64,000 bases of DNA from the IMG/VR virus record IMGVR_UViG_3300037089_000506; one strand, written 5' to 3'. The DNA comes from a virus. A program made the translations under genes and the position numbers. Shown here piece after piece: positions 8,901 through 19,000 of this stretch. The notes beneath the pieces are model-generated. The model was not told where the DNA came from. It was given only the letters and a program-made list of their open reading frames with translations, and did not search any database. Positions within the stretch are counted from its first letter, which is position 1; each line of letters begins with the position of its first letter.

Positions 8901-10432
8901 AATCCTAGTTCTGCTACCCACAATACTTTCTTTATAGTGGAGATTCCAATAGTTCCTGAATTAGTACTATACGTATTGGCATAACCAGTATTAGCTCCAA
9001 CTAAGAATCCAATGGGAGTATTTCTATTTACTGTTGCTATAGGCGTTAATGTTACTGTTGATGTACTTGATGTAGCTGTCCATGAGATGTTTCCACTAAA
9101 TGCATTTGCTATAGCTGTGGCAGTAAGTATAGTAGTAGTTTGGACTGCTGGATTTAATGATACTACAACACCAGCAATATTTACCGTATTTGATGTTCCA
9201 GCGATAGCAGTAACTGTTATCTGTGTTTGTGCAGCGTAGGAATACTGTAAGGATAATGCAGAGATAGTAACCCCAGTAGAAGCAACAGCCAAGGAAGGTA
9301 CGGCTACAGCAGTTAAGACTGTCATTGTTACTGCTGTTCCTTGGGCGGATACTGTCCATCCTGTAGGTAAACTCTGCGTCATTTTGTATGCTACCTGAGC
9401 AGCAGTATCAGAAGCCGCTACAGTTACAGTTCCACTTGCTGATCCTGACCACGTTAGAGTTCCTCCTGCGGAGGCTCCTGTCAATACAGAAAAAGTGATA
9501 ACTGTGGATTGAACTTGTATTTGGGTAAGCCCCACACCACAAGCATTATTGGTAATCAATACTTTGGGTTGAACATTATTATATGATTTTCTTCTATCCG
9601 CAGTATAAATAAGTCCATCAGAACCCATTGAAACTACTACAGGAGCTGCTGTATTGGGAATAACTTCACCAGCATTGGCGGTAATTTGGGTTAGTCCTGT
9701 CGCTCCTCTAACATCTCCTTGAAGGTCAATAATCATAGAAGATATAGATGTAACTACACCTACTTCTATTAAAGGTGAACCAGAGGAAGCAGCCAAGGAT
9801 CGAGAGGTAGTTAATTGTGGGTTAGAGCCTAAAGTTCCTGATGCTGTATAAGTAGAAGCCGCTGCTGGATATAAATAAAGAGGTAGTCCAATATCGGAAG
9901 TGTTAAAAGCAGTAGAAGCAAAGTTATAGGGACCCTCTGAGGCAACTTCAATAGCAAGACCAAAGGTTAGAGTCTGCGATCCTGTTACAGTCATTGCATT
10001 GCTTAATGTAACTTGGCTGCTTGAGTCTACTGAGCCTACAACTGTATTCACAGGCACACCAGTTCCTGTTACTAGAACTGGACCTGAAGTAAGCATAGTG
10101 TTAAGAGCAGCGGTAGAACCTGTTCCTGTAATGGTGTAAGACCCCGTTGCTAATGTTCCGGTTAATGTAATAGGAGTGGTAGCTGCCACTGTATTCATGG
10201 CTATACCGATTATTGCGGTTACGGAATTTGAATCCGCAATGGCTACCGTATTAGTAGGAGTAGTTTGTACTGCTACAGCATAACCTTTATATATGGTTTG
10301 TGCTGAACTTACCATATACCATGTTGAGGGTTGGAAGGAGAAATTCACTCCATGAATGTTTGTTGCTAATTGCTGTCTAGTAGAGTCACCTAAGATGAAT
10401 ACATCACCGTGCTCACTGGGATAATTTGCCAT
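5945..10432 (-). CDS. Long tail fibre/receptor-binding protein: 7-blade beta-propeller, phage tail collar domain, C-terminal intramolecular-chaperone/peptidase-G2-like domain
   Basis: Seven WSPxxGxxVA...SxDGxTW repeats; collar motif GYLTCDGSTPNISSYPDLFNVIGTTFGGNGTTTFGLP; C-term WNDMAEF...PVGLTGRVKVKV...GDLL. Confidence 0.8.
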   Translation of the reverse strand: MANYPSEHGDVFILGDSTRQQLATNIHGVNFSFQPSTWYMVSSAQTIYKGYAVAVQTTPTNTVAIADSNSVTAIIGIAMNTVAATTPITLTGTLATGSYTITGTGSTAALNTMLTSGPVLVTGTGVPVNTVVGSVDSSSQVTLSNAMTVTGSQTLTFGLAIEVASEGPYNFASTAFNTSDIGLPLYLYPAAASTYTASGTLGSNPQLTTSRSLAASSGSPLIEVGVVTSISSMIIDLQGDVRGATGLTQITANAGEVIPNTAAPVVVSMGSDGLIYTADRRKSYNNVQPKVLITNNACGVGLTQIQVQSTVITFSVLTGASAGGTLTWSGSASGTVTVAASDTAAQVAYKMTQSLPTGWTVSAQGTAVTMTVLTAVAVPSLAVASTGVTISALSLQYSYAAQTQITVTAIAGTSNTVNIAGVVVSLNPAVQTTTILTATAIANAFSGNISWTATSSTSTVTLTPIATVNRNTPIGFLVGANTGYANTYSTNSGTIGISTIKKVLWVAELGLFVALGSSSTYAYWSTDAVTWNQVSLPASKNWVDVTWSPSIGRLVAISTSDTQAATSPDGKVWTTMSMPSAAAWVAVKWCASLTKFVAICSGSTTTAYSSTGLTGWTPTTNIASATWTSLDWSPDSGRLVAIASGSATSSYSTDGITWNAGGTGMPAGGGTSVKYSSTLKLFVAVNPAANVGTGTSMSSVDGVNWAQSSSLPAAGASSNWSTLEWCPDRNIFVAIASNTTTATAAYSSDGKTWVSFTPTNLNASTWTTMSWSPTLQLFSVIAQSATTRTIYFGGQIIAQTPVVIQKVGVTTSAAWSGLSTGSPVYADINGGFTTNLATLSYYSDIASPLGYVESPSSIYVNISYNTQKSDGNQIGSIIAKPASLDTGYLTCDGSTPNISSYPDLFNVIGTTFGGNGTTTFGLPPTSTPATEIKYSNWYQSNPPQAPSFRYDTGWTTWGALPSGCTSGTPTQYIEVPITTFSYNPDFTSLFAEIYVYKYVSIYKIDPNPITITYNSGLSYKRYGYQLQSDTTGYVRVNFADDGLAYYLYGQSPPANYVAIDNTWQFRVIIYKTERYNKYFDYNMDQKMNQVWSLGLVDFTAAYNVQGSGYFDRSASSPAHNTVRLNYDGELYFYDGFATNNLTVGTNTTGALTIYSSMTSTSSTANILINTATINIGTTSTTAIYIGNGSSANTLTGTTTVPGGSTLTIAGTFNVNTATILTNQSTMNIFTATASTINIGSTAGSTVTNISGINTGTMFNLKSTSGQIGFGEIASANILYSANSSNSASLQLTFAGYSGNAGTFEFVGYLSINTAPNVSYDLATNANVLIGGTLQISSAGVLQYNLTSPSGTAVLGYNGYLYATKMYNAIWNDMAEFIHREGISEAGDVLVITNNGVKKADKRADKTVIGIHSDTFGYALGAQDETTKTPVGLTGRVKVKVKEPLNIGDLLISDKDGFATRAMFFDRFIPGVIIGKVVQTKTDFSIERIWVLILNR

Positions 10433-10449
10433 TAAAAAGCCTCTATCTA

Positions 10450-10455
10450 ATTAGT
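10450..10455 (-). promoter_or_regulatory. Late promoter motif ACTAAT (leadered)
   Basis: ACTAAT TAGAT AGAGGCTTTTTA ATG. Confidence 0.6.
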
Positions 10456-10462
10456 CAGGATT

Positions 10463-13400
10463 TTATGAACCTATACGTTCTATTGTTATTCTAGGAGCCC
10501 CTGGAGTTGTTAGTCCTTGTAAGAATGTCCCTGAAGTGTTAGAATAAGAAACTACTACTTGAACATAATCACCTGCACGTAATCGTATTGTTTTATTCCC
10601 CCCAAGAACAAATATATTAGGAGTGGATGCCAAAACAGCGGTAGATGTCCAGGAGTTTATAGTAGAGAAGTAAGTACCATTCTTATAGAGATAAAGGAGC
10701 CACGTTTCTCCTGCGGCGAAGGCTTTTGCTGTTGCTAAACCTATATTAGTTTCTACAGAATATACTCCAGGTTGAGGTGCTGTAAACTTCCATCCTATAC
10801 CAGGAAGAACAGATGTATGAGTATCCTCAACGAGAGTGTCAAAGTTTACCACATTTCCTGATGTTGGAATTGTAGAAGATACAATAGCATACTCAGCACG
10901 AATTACTGGTGGTTGCTCTGCTGTATTACCTTGAGAACGTTTACGAAGCCTCCAATACCATGTGGTTATTGAAGACCACAATACTGTAGGAGAAGCTGCT
11001 GAAAAGAAATTTACACTTAAAGTAGTAGAGTTTATCGTAGTAACAGTTACCCCATATGCTGTAGTTCCATTTGTATAATAGCCTATTCCCAATTGATCAG
11101 GAGTCAACCATGAAGAGGTGGATACAGCAGGATTCATAAACTCTAAAATATAATCATCTCTATTAGTAAGAGTTTTCTGAAATTGAACATATTTTTGTAT
11201 TGATGTTAATGAAGAAGGGCTATATCCATAGATTAATGTACCATTGGCTCCATAGGCGAAAGAAGTAGTATCAGTAGTAGCATTAGCACTGCTGTTATAG
11301 CTATACTCTTGATAATCAGTAGAAAGATTAGTAGGAACGTTCCATTGGGCAATAGGAAGGCGTACATTATAATGAAACTCCAAAGATGCTGTAGTTAGCC
11401 CTGTCGTAGCAGAACCACAAATAGCCTCAGCAGTAGCAGAAGTAGAATAATAAAGTTTGAAAGAAGATAGAGATACTGAAGGAACAACATAAGCATGGGC
11501 TATATAATAATTACCACTAAAAAAGACTCGTCCTTCTCCTTGAATCTGAATAGGATTAGAATAAGAAGCAGAAGGAGCTATTTTAGTCCAGTCAATAGTC
11601 AGTCCAGAAGGTAATGGAAATAGATAATCACCAGAACCAGCATTATTATTTCCAACAGCATTAATAACCATATGGTAAGATAATTCCATATCGCTACCAT
11701 TTCTACTCCATTGTGCTATATAGTCATAGAAGGTCCCAGTACTACCAAAGGTAGGAGGGGTGACAGTTGCACCTAATTGTAATACACCATTAGCACCACC
11801 ATTAGTATACTGTGTCCATCCATTTATCATAGAAGAGGTTGTATTCAATAAATTTTGAGGAGTTACAGATACTGCGTTGAACTGGAAATATTCTCCTGTT
11901 CCGTTCCATCCTGTAGCACAATGAAATAATAGTCTGTATTGTGAAGAGGAAGAAGGTAAGAATGTAGCCAAGAACATAGAAGGAGAACCAGAGGTAGCTA
12001 GTACTGACTGTGTAGATAAGGGAATAAAGTTTAGATTAGCCTTATCATACAGATAAATCATAACATCACCAGAAGTGAAGTTATACGTATTGAATAAGAA
12101 AGAAATTTGGAATACCTGTGTAGTCATTCCATAATCTATAGAGAAGTCATAGGAAACACCCTGGCCTAATGAAGAAGCACCACCATAGGTGAGTCTCATA
12201 TCATAACTACCAAATAGTACAGAAGTATTTGTTGTTGAGAATACTACATTGGAAGCAGTTCCTCCTAATCCATTTGTAGGAACGGCAGTAGTATCGTTAT
12301 AGGCAAAATAACCTAATGGGACTGAAGCATTCTGCGGAGTATAATAAATATATGTAGATAATTGTAAACCAATAGACCTACCTACAAACTGTGCAGCATA
12401 TAGAGTACCATTATAGTTTAATCGTGTAAGAGTAGAGGGAGGATAGGATGTACCTGCATCAAATGACCCTACTGTTGAAGTAGTGCCGGTTATTGTTAAA
12501 TTTCCTGTAGCAGTTATGTTAGAAAATGTTTGAGTACCACTAAAACTCACCACACCTGCATACGTTATATTTCCACCAACAGTAAGATTATTACAGGTAA
12601 AATTATTTACATTAAAGGTTCCGCCATAGTTTAGTACTGTTGTAGCGCCTAAGGAAGAGGGTGATCTAGTGTGAGTCCAATAACCACTTGTTGGACCAGG
12701 AACACCACCGGGAGCAGTAGCTACTGTTCCAAAATAAGCACTAAAGATACCATTACTAGCAGCATCTTGAAATGCTAATGCTATTGAAGCACCAACACCA
12801 TTTATAGTAAATATATAGGGACCTGTTCCTGTAACACCAAAAGTAAAACAAGAAGTTAAATCATATGTTTCAGCATAATTACCAGCATTATTACCAGAAG
12901 CGATAAGCCCTAAAAAGTTAGGCCCTAAAATAGAATTAGCAGTAGTGCTGCTATTAGGATCAGCAGAATTTAATCCTAAATAAAACTCATAAATACCATT
13001 AGAAGTTCTATCATTAGAAACAGCAGTAACAATAATATTAGAAGCATTTCCTGTTGTTGTAAACGGACTATTAAATCCTAATGCAGATGCCCCTGAATTT
13101 AATGCTGCTTCAAAGGCTTGGGTGAAGGAAAGCATAGTAGTATAGAGTCCCGCCCCCACAGTACAAATCGTTGTTTTTCCAGCATATTTACTATCATTAA
13201 TACCTAAAATAAAAGTAGCAGGATAAGATAAGGTTAAATTAAAAGAAGGTACATTTGCTCCATATAATCTGAAGGACATTGCTATTGTAGAAGTATCGTT
13301 AGTATTATATCTAAGCCTATTATTCATATAGGCTAACAATGCTGTAGTAGTACTAAAAGGAGAACCATTTGCAGGAGAAGCATCATTAAAAGTTATAGTT

Positions 13401-13924
13401 CTAAAATTAGAGTTACTTACATTTATTGTAGTAGTACCGGCATTGTATACAATACTATTCCCCACTGCTACAGTAAACCCTAGAGGGCTTGTAGAGCCTA
13501 AGGCAAAAGTAGAAGAAGCAGAACAATTGAAAGTATGTGCTGTAGAGTAAAGATTAGAATAAGGAGTAGTTGGGCCAGAAAATAGAGACAGAGGAATACC
13601 AGAATAAAACTCTCCTGCGTATTCATTTAATCCATTATAAGTAACATATCCTATTGCTATGCTTCCAGATATAATAGACCTAGATTCTATATTAGAAATA
13701 CGAGTAGTATTATCAATAGCATTGACAAATAGATTATAAAAGTTGGTATTTATTGCCTCGCCTGTGAAAGGAGAAACTACAGTGCTATTGGTTCCTACAG
13801 CGGAAGAGGTGCTGCCTGAAAATGGATAAGTTGTAGTGCTACTATCTGTTCCCGTAGGATCGGTGCCTACAATTGTTGGTGGTCTTAGAAGTGTTGCTAA
13901 TGTAGTAAGTGAAAAATATGCCAT
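10463..13924 (-). CDS. Tail fibre protein with C-terminal C1q-like domain
   Basis: C-term VNFD...FTAPQPGVYSV...LYKNG...IRLRAGDYVQV (C1q/TNF-like); RLNYNGTLYA motif shared with 5945..10432. Confidence 0.7.
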   Translation of the reverse strand: MAYFSLTTLATLLRPPTIVGTDPTGTDSSTTTYPFSGSTSSAVGTNSTVVSPFTGEAINTNFYNLFVNAIDNTTRISNIESRSIISGSIAIGYVTYNGLNEYAGEFYSGIPLSLFSGPTTPYSNLYSTAHTFNCSASSTFALGSTSPLGFTVAVGNSIVYNAGTTTINVSNSNFRTITFNDASPANGSPFSTTTALLAYMNNRLRYNTNDTSTIAMSFRLYGANVPSFNLTLSYPATFILGINDSKYAGKTTICTVGAGLYTTMLSFTQAFEAALNSGASALGFNSPFTTTGNASNIIVTAVSNDRTSNGIYEFYLGLNSADPNSSTTANSILGPNFLGLIASGNNAGNYAETYDLTSCFTFGVTGTGPYIFTINGVGASIALAFQDAASNGIFSAYFGTVATAPGGVPGPTSGYWTHTRSPSSLGATTVLNYGGTFNVNNFTCNNLTVGGNITYAGVVSFSGTQTFSNITATGNLTITGTTSTVGSFDAGTSYPPSTLTRLNYNGTLYAAQFVGRSIGLQLSTYIYYTPQNASVPLGYFAYNDTTAVPTNGLGGTASNVVFSTTNTSVLFGSYDMRLTYGGASSLGQGVSYDFSIDYGMTTQVFQISFLFNTYNFTSGDVMIYLYDKANLNFIPLSTQSVLATSGSPSMFLATFLPSSSSQYRLLFHCATGWNGTGEYFQFNAVSVTPQNLLNTTSSMINGWTQYTNGGANGVLQLGATVTPPTFGSTGTFYDYIAQWSRNGSDMELSYHMVINAVGNNNAGSGDYLFPLPSGLTIDWTKIAPSASYSNPIQIQGEGRVFFSGNYYIAHAYVVPSVSLSSFKLYYSTSATAEAICGSATTGLTTASLEFHYNVRLPIAQWNVPTNLSTDYQEYSYNSSANATTDTTSFAYGANGTLIYGYSPSSLTSIQKYVQFQKTLTNRDDYILEFMNPAVSTSSWLTPDQLGIGYYTNGTTAYGVTVTTINSTTLSVNFFSAASPTVLWSSITTWYWRLRKRSQGNTAEQPPVIRAEYAIVSSTIPTSGNVVNFDTLVEDTHTSVLPGIGWKFTAPQPGVYSVETNIGLATAKAFAAGETWLLYLYKNGTYFSTINSWTSTAVLASTPNIFVLGGNKTIRLRAGDYVQVVVSYSNTSGTFLQGLTTPGAPRITIERIGS

Positions 13925-13932
13925 TTATTCCT

Positions 13933-14871
13933 CTATTGTGATAACAAGTTCTGTAATTTAGTCTGATTCTCAGGATTCAGTACCAATGATCCTATAATGA
14001 GAGTTTGTGCTGCTGGATTAAATTGGATATAACCGTCAATAATCAAAATACCCCCAATATCCGTAAAAGAGTGAGCACCAAGAACCAAACTGTTAGTATT
14101 AACAGAATAAGTTGATAGTGCTTGGACATATAGAGTATTTGTATTTGCTGTATAATAAAAATCAGGACTACAGAATAAGTATGAAGTATTCGCACTATTC
14201 AAGAAAGGTATTGACCCCGATGGATAAGAGGAAGTATAGAAAGAAACTAAAGATACTTCTTCCTTAGTACCTGTATTTTTCTTTCTAAAGGAATCGGAGG
14301 CAGGGTCATAGGTAATATAGTTTGCATCATTAGATATAGTAAAGTTACTTCCTGAAAAATAAAGATTATAGTCTTGTAACGTTGTTCCTGACAAAGACAA
14401 CATGCTAGAATCTAAATACGAAGTTCCCAACTGTATCATTGAACTTTGAATGTTAGTAATAGAAGCAGACTGAGCAGTAAGGGAGGAAGTAAGAACTAAA
14501 CTATTGTGAGTTACATCTGAGGTAGGGGTTAAGGACTGCATGAAGTCCATAGGGTCTACAATATCTACAATAAAACTACATTGAATAGATAATAAACCTA
14601 TTGCTGCCTGTGTACCTATCTGTATGTTTCTATATATTTGATTTCCTGCTGTTTCTGATAAATATATATTCTGGTTTACAAATATAATATCAGTGCCTAA
14701 TATTCCAGAAGAAAGTACAGTGCTACCATTATTAACTACAAAGCCCTTGGAAGTAAAAAAATCATTAGAGAATGATACTACATCTCCTATTTTATTTTGG
14801 GAAGTGTCTAAAGTAAGAGATATAGGTGGGTATCCACCAGGGTTAAAGGGTAATTTCCAATACTGATCCAT
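13933..14871 (-). CDS. Putative baseplate/tail-associated protein
   Basis: S/T/N-rich 312-aa ORF between baseplate and fibre genes. Confidence 0.45.
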   Translation of the reverse strand: MDQYWKLPFNPGGYPPISLTLDTSQNKIGDVVSFSNDFFTSKGFVVNNGSTVLSSGILGTDIIFVNQNIYLSETAGNQIYRNIQIGTQAAIGLLSIQCSFIVDIVDPMDFMQSLTPTSDVTHNSLVLTSSLTAQSASITNIQSSMIQLGTSYLDSSMLSLSGTTLQDYNLYFSGSNFTISNDANYITYDPASDSFRKKNTGTKEEVSLVSFYTSSYPSGSIPFLNSANTSYLFCSPDFYYTANTNTLYVQALSTYSVNTNSLVLGAHSFTDIGGILIIDGYIQFNPAAQTLIIGSLVLNPENQTKLQNLLSQ

Positions 14872-16049
14872 TATGATAATCCTAAGTCTGAAGCTTTCCA
14901 GACGGGTAGTTTGAATCGTGAGTGTGCGTTAACTGCTCCTATTTCAGTAGCCCCTGCATTCTTAAATATAACCGTTGCCTCGGGCCAGCAGTTACTTGTA
15001 TAAGTAGAAGTATTCAGGGTTGCCCTGTCTCTAATCAATACCAGGATGGTATAGCCTATCCCGTTTAGGGGGTAGTTTGGGACTCCTGCTAGATAGTCTA
15101 TAATCTGTTGCTGCGTAGAGGAAGTAGATAGGGTAAAACTTCCTTTTTTTTGTAGAAAACTTTCCCATACAATTGAAGAGGTGTGTAGTATTTCATCACT
15201 TTTTACTCGTAAGAAGTCAATTTGATAATAAGTGGAGAGCGCACCAGTAATGTTCAGAATAGCACCTGTATTATAATTTGTAATATAATTTAGAATTCCT
15301 AAAGGGGGGTTTATAATAGTAGTGTATGCATTCCCTGCTGTTCCTGGATATACGGGAGAAGCACTCCAGTTAGAAAGGGTTTCTGTAGATAGGAAGTTAT
15401 CCCCCACAAATGCCGACCCCTGTGCTACATACAGCCCTGATCCATCTGATGCGAATTGTACTAGATACTGTTCATTCTTTGTATAGAGTCTATTAAAAGT
15501 ATCTCTATTACTCTGCCCCTCATAACTTACATGGAATAAATTAGCATTATGTGCAGTATTAGCAGCCACATTATTTAATAAAGAAGCTATCAGTACTAGA
15601 TTACCATTCCCTGAGAATGCATATCCAGAGAGTCCTGAATCCGATACAAGACTAAATGCGGCATAGATTGTTGCTGTATCTGAAGTACTGTATGTCCAAT
15701 CGGCAATTAGGTGTAATCGGGGCGAACCAGATAAACCATCCCACGTTGCTTTAGAAATTGAATACGTATAGTTATTTGTCAAAATTATCTTTCCAATAAA
15801 AGTTCCCGTAGTGTTAAAGGGGTCTTGGGCTTGTCGCTGAAAAAGCAGTGTAGTTCCAGCAGCAATAGTCAAATAAAGGGAACTACCATCATATGAAACA
15901 CTAGATATTTGAGGAGTTGTCCCCAAATAATTGCCTGTTCCTGGCTTCATTATACCATAGAGTATTTCATTACCAAAAACTGAAGAAAGATATTGTGCAG
16001 GATATATAGAAACCTGCTGTTGACCATTATTTACTGTAGTTCCACCCAT
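14871..16049 (-). CDS. Putative baseplate/tail-associated protein
   Basis: Position in the tail operon; leaderless late promoter upstream. Confidence 0.45.
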   Translation of the reverse strand: MGGTTVNNGQQQVSIYPAQYLSSVFGNEILYGIMKPGTGNYLGTTPQISSVSYDGSSLYLTIAAGTTLLFQRQAQDPFNTTGTFIGKIILTNNYTYSISKATWDGLSGSPRLHLIADWTYSTSDTATIYAAFSLVSDSGLSGYAFSGNGNLVLIASLLNNVAANTAHNANLFHVSYEGQSNRDTFNRLYTKNEQYLVQFASDGSGLYVAQGSAFVGDNFLSTETLSNWSASPVYPGTAGNAYTTIINPPLGILNYITNYNTGAILNITGALSTYYQIDFLRVKSDEILHTSSIVWESFLQKKGSFTLSTSSTQQQIIDYLAGVPNYPLNGIGYTILVLIRDRATLNTSTYTSNCWPEATVIFKNAGATEIGAVNAHSRFKLPVWKASDLGLS

Positions 16050-16054
16050 ATATA

Positions 16055-16060
16055 ATTAGT
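16055..16060 (-). promoter_or_regulatory. Late promoter motif ACTAAT (leaderless)
   Basis: ACTAAT TATAT ATG. Confidence 0.7.
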
Positions 16061-16064
16061 CCTT

Positions 16065-19000
16065 TTAGTTAGCAATAAGGAGATTGAATGCCAAATGATA
16101 ATTATTACTATTGTATATAACAGGAGGAAAAGTAGCATAGGCTACCATAGTATTAGTACCATCAAAAATTCCTATCTCAGTAATAGCAACATTAGAAGTT
16201 GTAGTACCTAGTTTGTATTGCTCATCTATATACATATTTTCTAATACATAATTACTAGGACTGGTGGCTTCGTAGGTATTAGATAGCATACCATTAGGAT
16301 TATATTGTAACTTCATGCCAATAGCACCCTGTACATGGTCTACATAGAAATATTGGGGATTATTTAGCGTATCATACATCAATGTTAATCTACCTTTAAT
16401 AGCAGTTATTTCATTTGTAAGTTCATACGTATTCAAAACTCTATCCCAGATTCTTATATCTGATAAATAGCCTTTATAATTATAGGAAGAAGCAGAAAAC
16501 CCCCCAATAAGAAGAGATAGCCCAGAGTCGGTAAGATAAACCCCGCTCCCTACAGTTCCCGCTGTGGCTGTTACAATAATTCCATCCACATATACTAAAA
16601 TACTCCCAGGCCCCGTTGTAGCAGAAAAAGCAAGAGTAATTCTATGCCACCCAGTAGCAGGGATAGCAATTGTCCAGGTACCATTAGTAGTAGCAAAAGC
16701 AGATTTGAAAGTAAGAGTAGCGGTACTTCCACTTGAATATGTCATATAAAGCCCCCAACCAGCAGAAAAAGAAGAGGTTTGCTTGGCTACTAGTACTGTA
16801 GAAGTGTTAGCATTGGTATTAAGATTATAGGAAAAAGCCAAACTCATTCCATTAGTTTTTGGCATATCTCTGTTTAAAGCAAGAGAGTCCGCAACAGTAA
16901 TATAGGCTGTAGAACCATCATAGGAATATCCATTTTTTACATAGCCAGTAATAACAGATACTGTTCCATGGACTGTTCCATTCTGTTGATTATAATAACT
17001 ATCAGTGAGAGTTGTTATTGAGGAGGTATCGTTTCTATAATCACCAATAAGATTTTCGTATAAAGAAGGGAACATATCTATATTGTAAAGTTGAAGAGGT
17101 AATAGTGCTTGTAATTGTGCTGTTGGTAGATAGGAATTGCTGGATAAGTTTTCAAACGTATTGTCCATAGTATACCCAAAATAAGTAGAAGTATTAGCGA
17201 GTTCAGTATAGGGGTTTATATAAACCATATAAATAGTATATACCGTTACATTTGATATAATGCTGGTCCCCCAACTTATTGTCCAGTTAGGAATAGTAGT
17301 AGCTACTATTCTTTCTGCAATGCTCTGGTAGGTGTCAGTTTCATAGATATCTATTATTGTATTGTTAATAGTAATGTATGTTCCGCTTTGTGGCGAAATA
17401 ACAGAGGAAATAGTAAAGCTATAGGAATAAGGAAGCACTCCACTCTTAGTTATTGGCCCTATTCCGATTCCTGGGGCTGTAGATACTACAACGGTAGGGA
17501 TAGCTGCTATCATATTCTGAACCCTATACTTTGGATTGTATATTTGAGCTATAGGGTCTATCTGCTCATACATAAATAAACGTTGGTGTATATCATTGAT
17601 AATAGATATCATAGTAACAGTAGCACCAGTAGCTACCACCCTCCAATTAGGTATAATTGTACCGGCAATAGCAGCAGCGATTTGTGATGTTGTCCAGTTA
17701 TTATATACTGGTATGGTTATAGTTCCTGATGAAACTACAATATAGACATTTCCTCCTGCTGTGGCAGCATGAGTAACAAGAATAGTATAAATAGTATCTA
17801 CAGCCCCACTAGTAAGAGTGAAGGTAACCTGTGTACCAGCATCTGCACTTATAGTAGGTGCTTGGGGTAATACATTAATATTTATGTTAACCTGTACTGC
17901 TCCAGGGGCTATATAAGTATGTACGAATTGTAAGGTGGTAGTGTAAGCTAAAGTAGGAAGCATATTGCTTCCATTTATTATCATATTAACTACATTCCCA
18001 GTAGTATTGAAACTTCTAGAATGAACAACAGTATTTACTAGAGTATAGGTACCTAAATTAGAAATCTCTCCAATAAGAATTGGAGAAGAATAGAGTGGAT
18101 TTTGTAAATCTATTAATTGTGTTTTATATTGGGCAGATACAGACTCACCCACCTTTACAAATACATTGGTGTCTACTGTTCCTAATATTCTATATACCGA
18201 GGTAGTATCAGGAAGAGGTGACCACGGGGTAGTAGCACTTATATTAATAGTTGTAGTATTATTAGATAGTATTACTCTTGTTTGCCCTGCTCCTGTTCCA
18301 CTTAAGATATATACAGAATAGTTTGCCCAGTTTGTTGTCCATGTTTGAGTAGAGTCTGTTATAGATGTAGAAGTAGATGAAGTCACTACAGATTGTTGTA
18401 CAGAGACTGGGGACGCAAAATCGGTGTACCCCCCAGACCCTATCTTAATATAAGAGGAGTTAGAAGCACTTGTCCATCTTCCCTGGAATACTTGAAACTT
18501 AGCCTGTATATTAGGGTGAGAGTATACGGCATCTGAACCAGAGAGGCTATTAAACCTTCCATCTTTATTAGTTACCAGAGTCATTTGTGTCCCTATCTGT
18601 AAAGTATCTTGAGCACGAGTAACCTCCTGAAGTAAGGTATTTACTGTATCTAAAAAGATATTTTCAAGCAAGGAGGTATGGGTATTTACACTATTAGTGT
18701 GAAGTAATAATCTATCTAAAGCTATCTCTATAAAAAGTCTTTTCCCCGCATTGGTAATTAAGACTTTGGAATCCCAGGCAATAGGGAATGTATTGTTTTG
18801 TGTTACCTTAACATCCCATGCTTGACCTGTATCCCATCGTAAATAAGATGGAGGAATATCAGAAAAGCTAATGAGTCCCTCTATATTCGGGCTTATTGGA
18901 TATACAGAACTTGTTGTTCCAGGAATAGCAATATTGTAGCTTTCGGGGTTTACTATTCTATATATCCTATTAGTTGAGACTTGAATAGAACCAGAGGTTG

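Noticed and set aside
3310-9359. Antisense or alternate-frame ORFs inside structural genes (3310..3531, 4393..4914, 6771..6974, 7947..8483, 9012..9239, 9096..9359 and similar)
   Set aside because: By-products of T/A/G/S codon bias in the host ORFs; no SD, promoter or recognisable motifs
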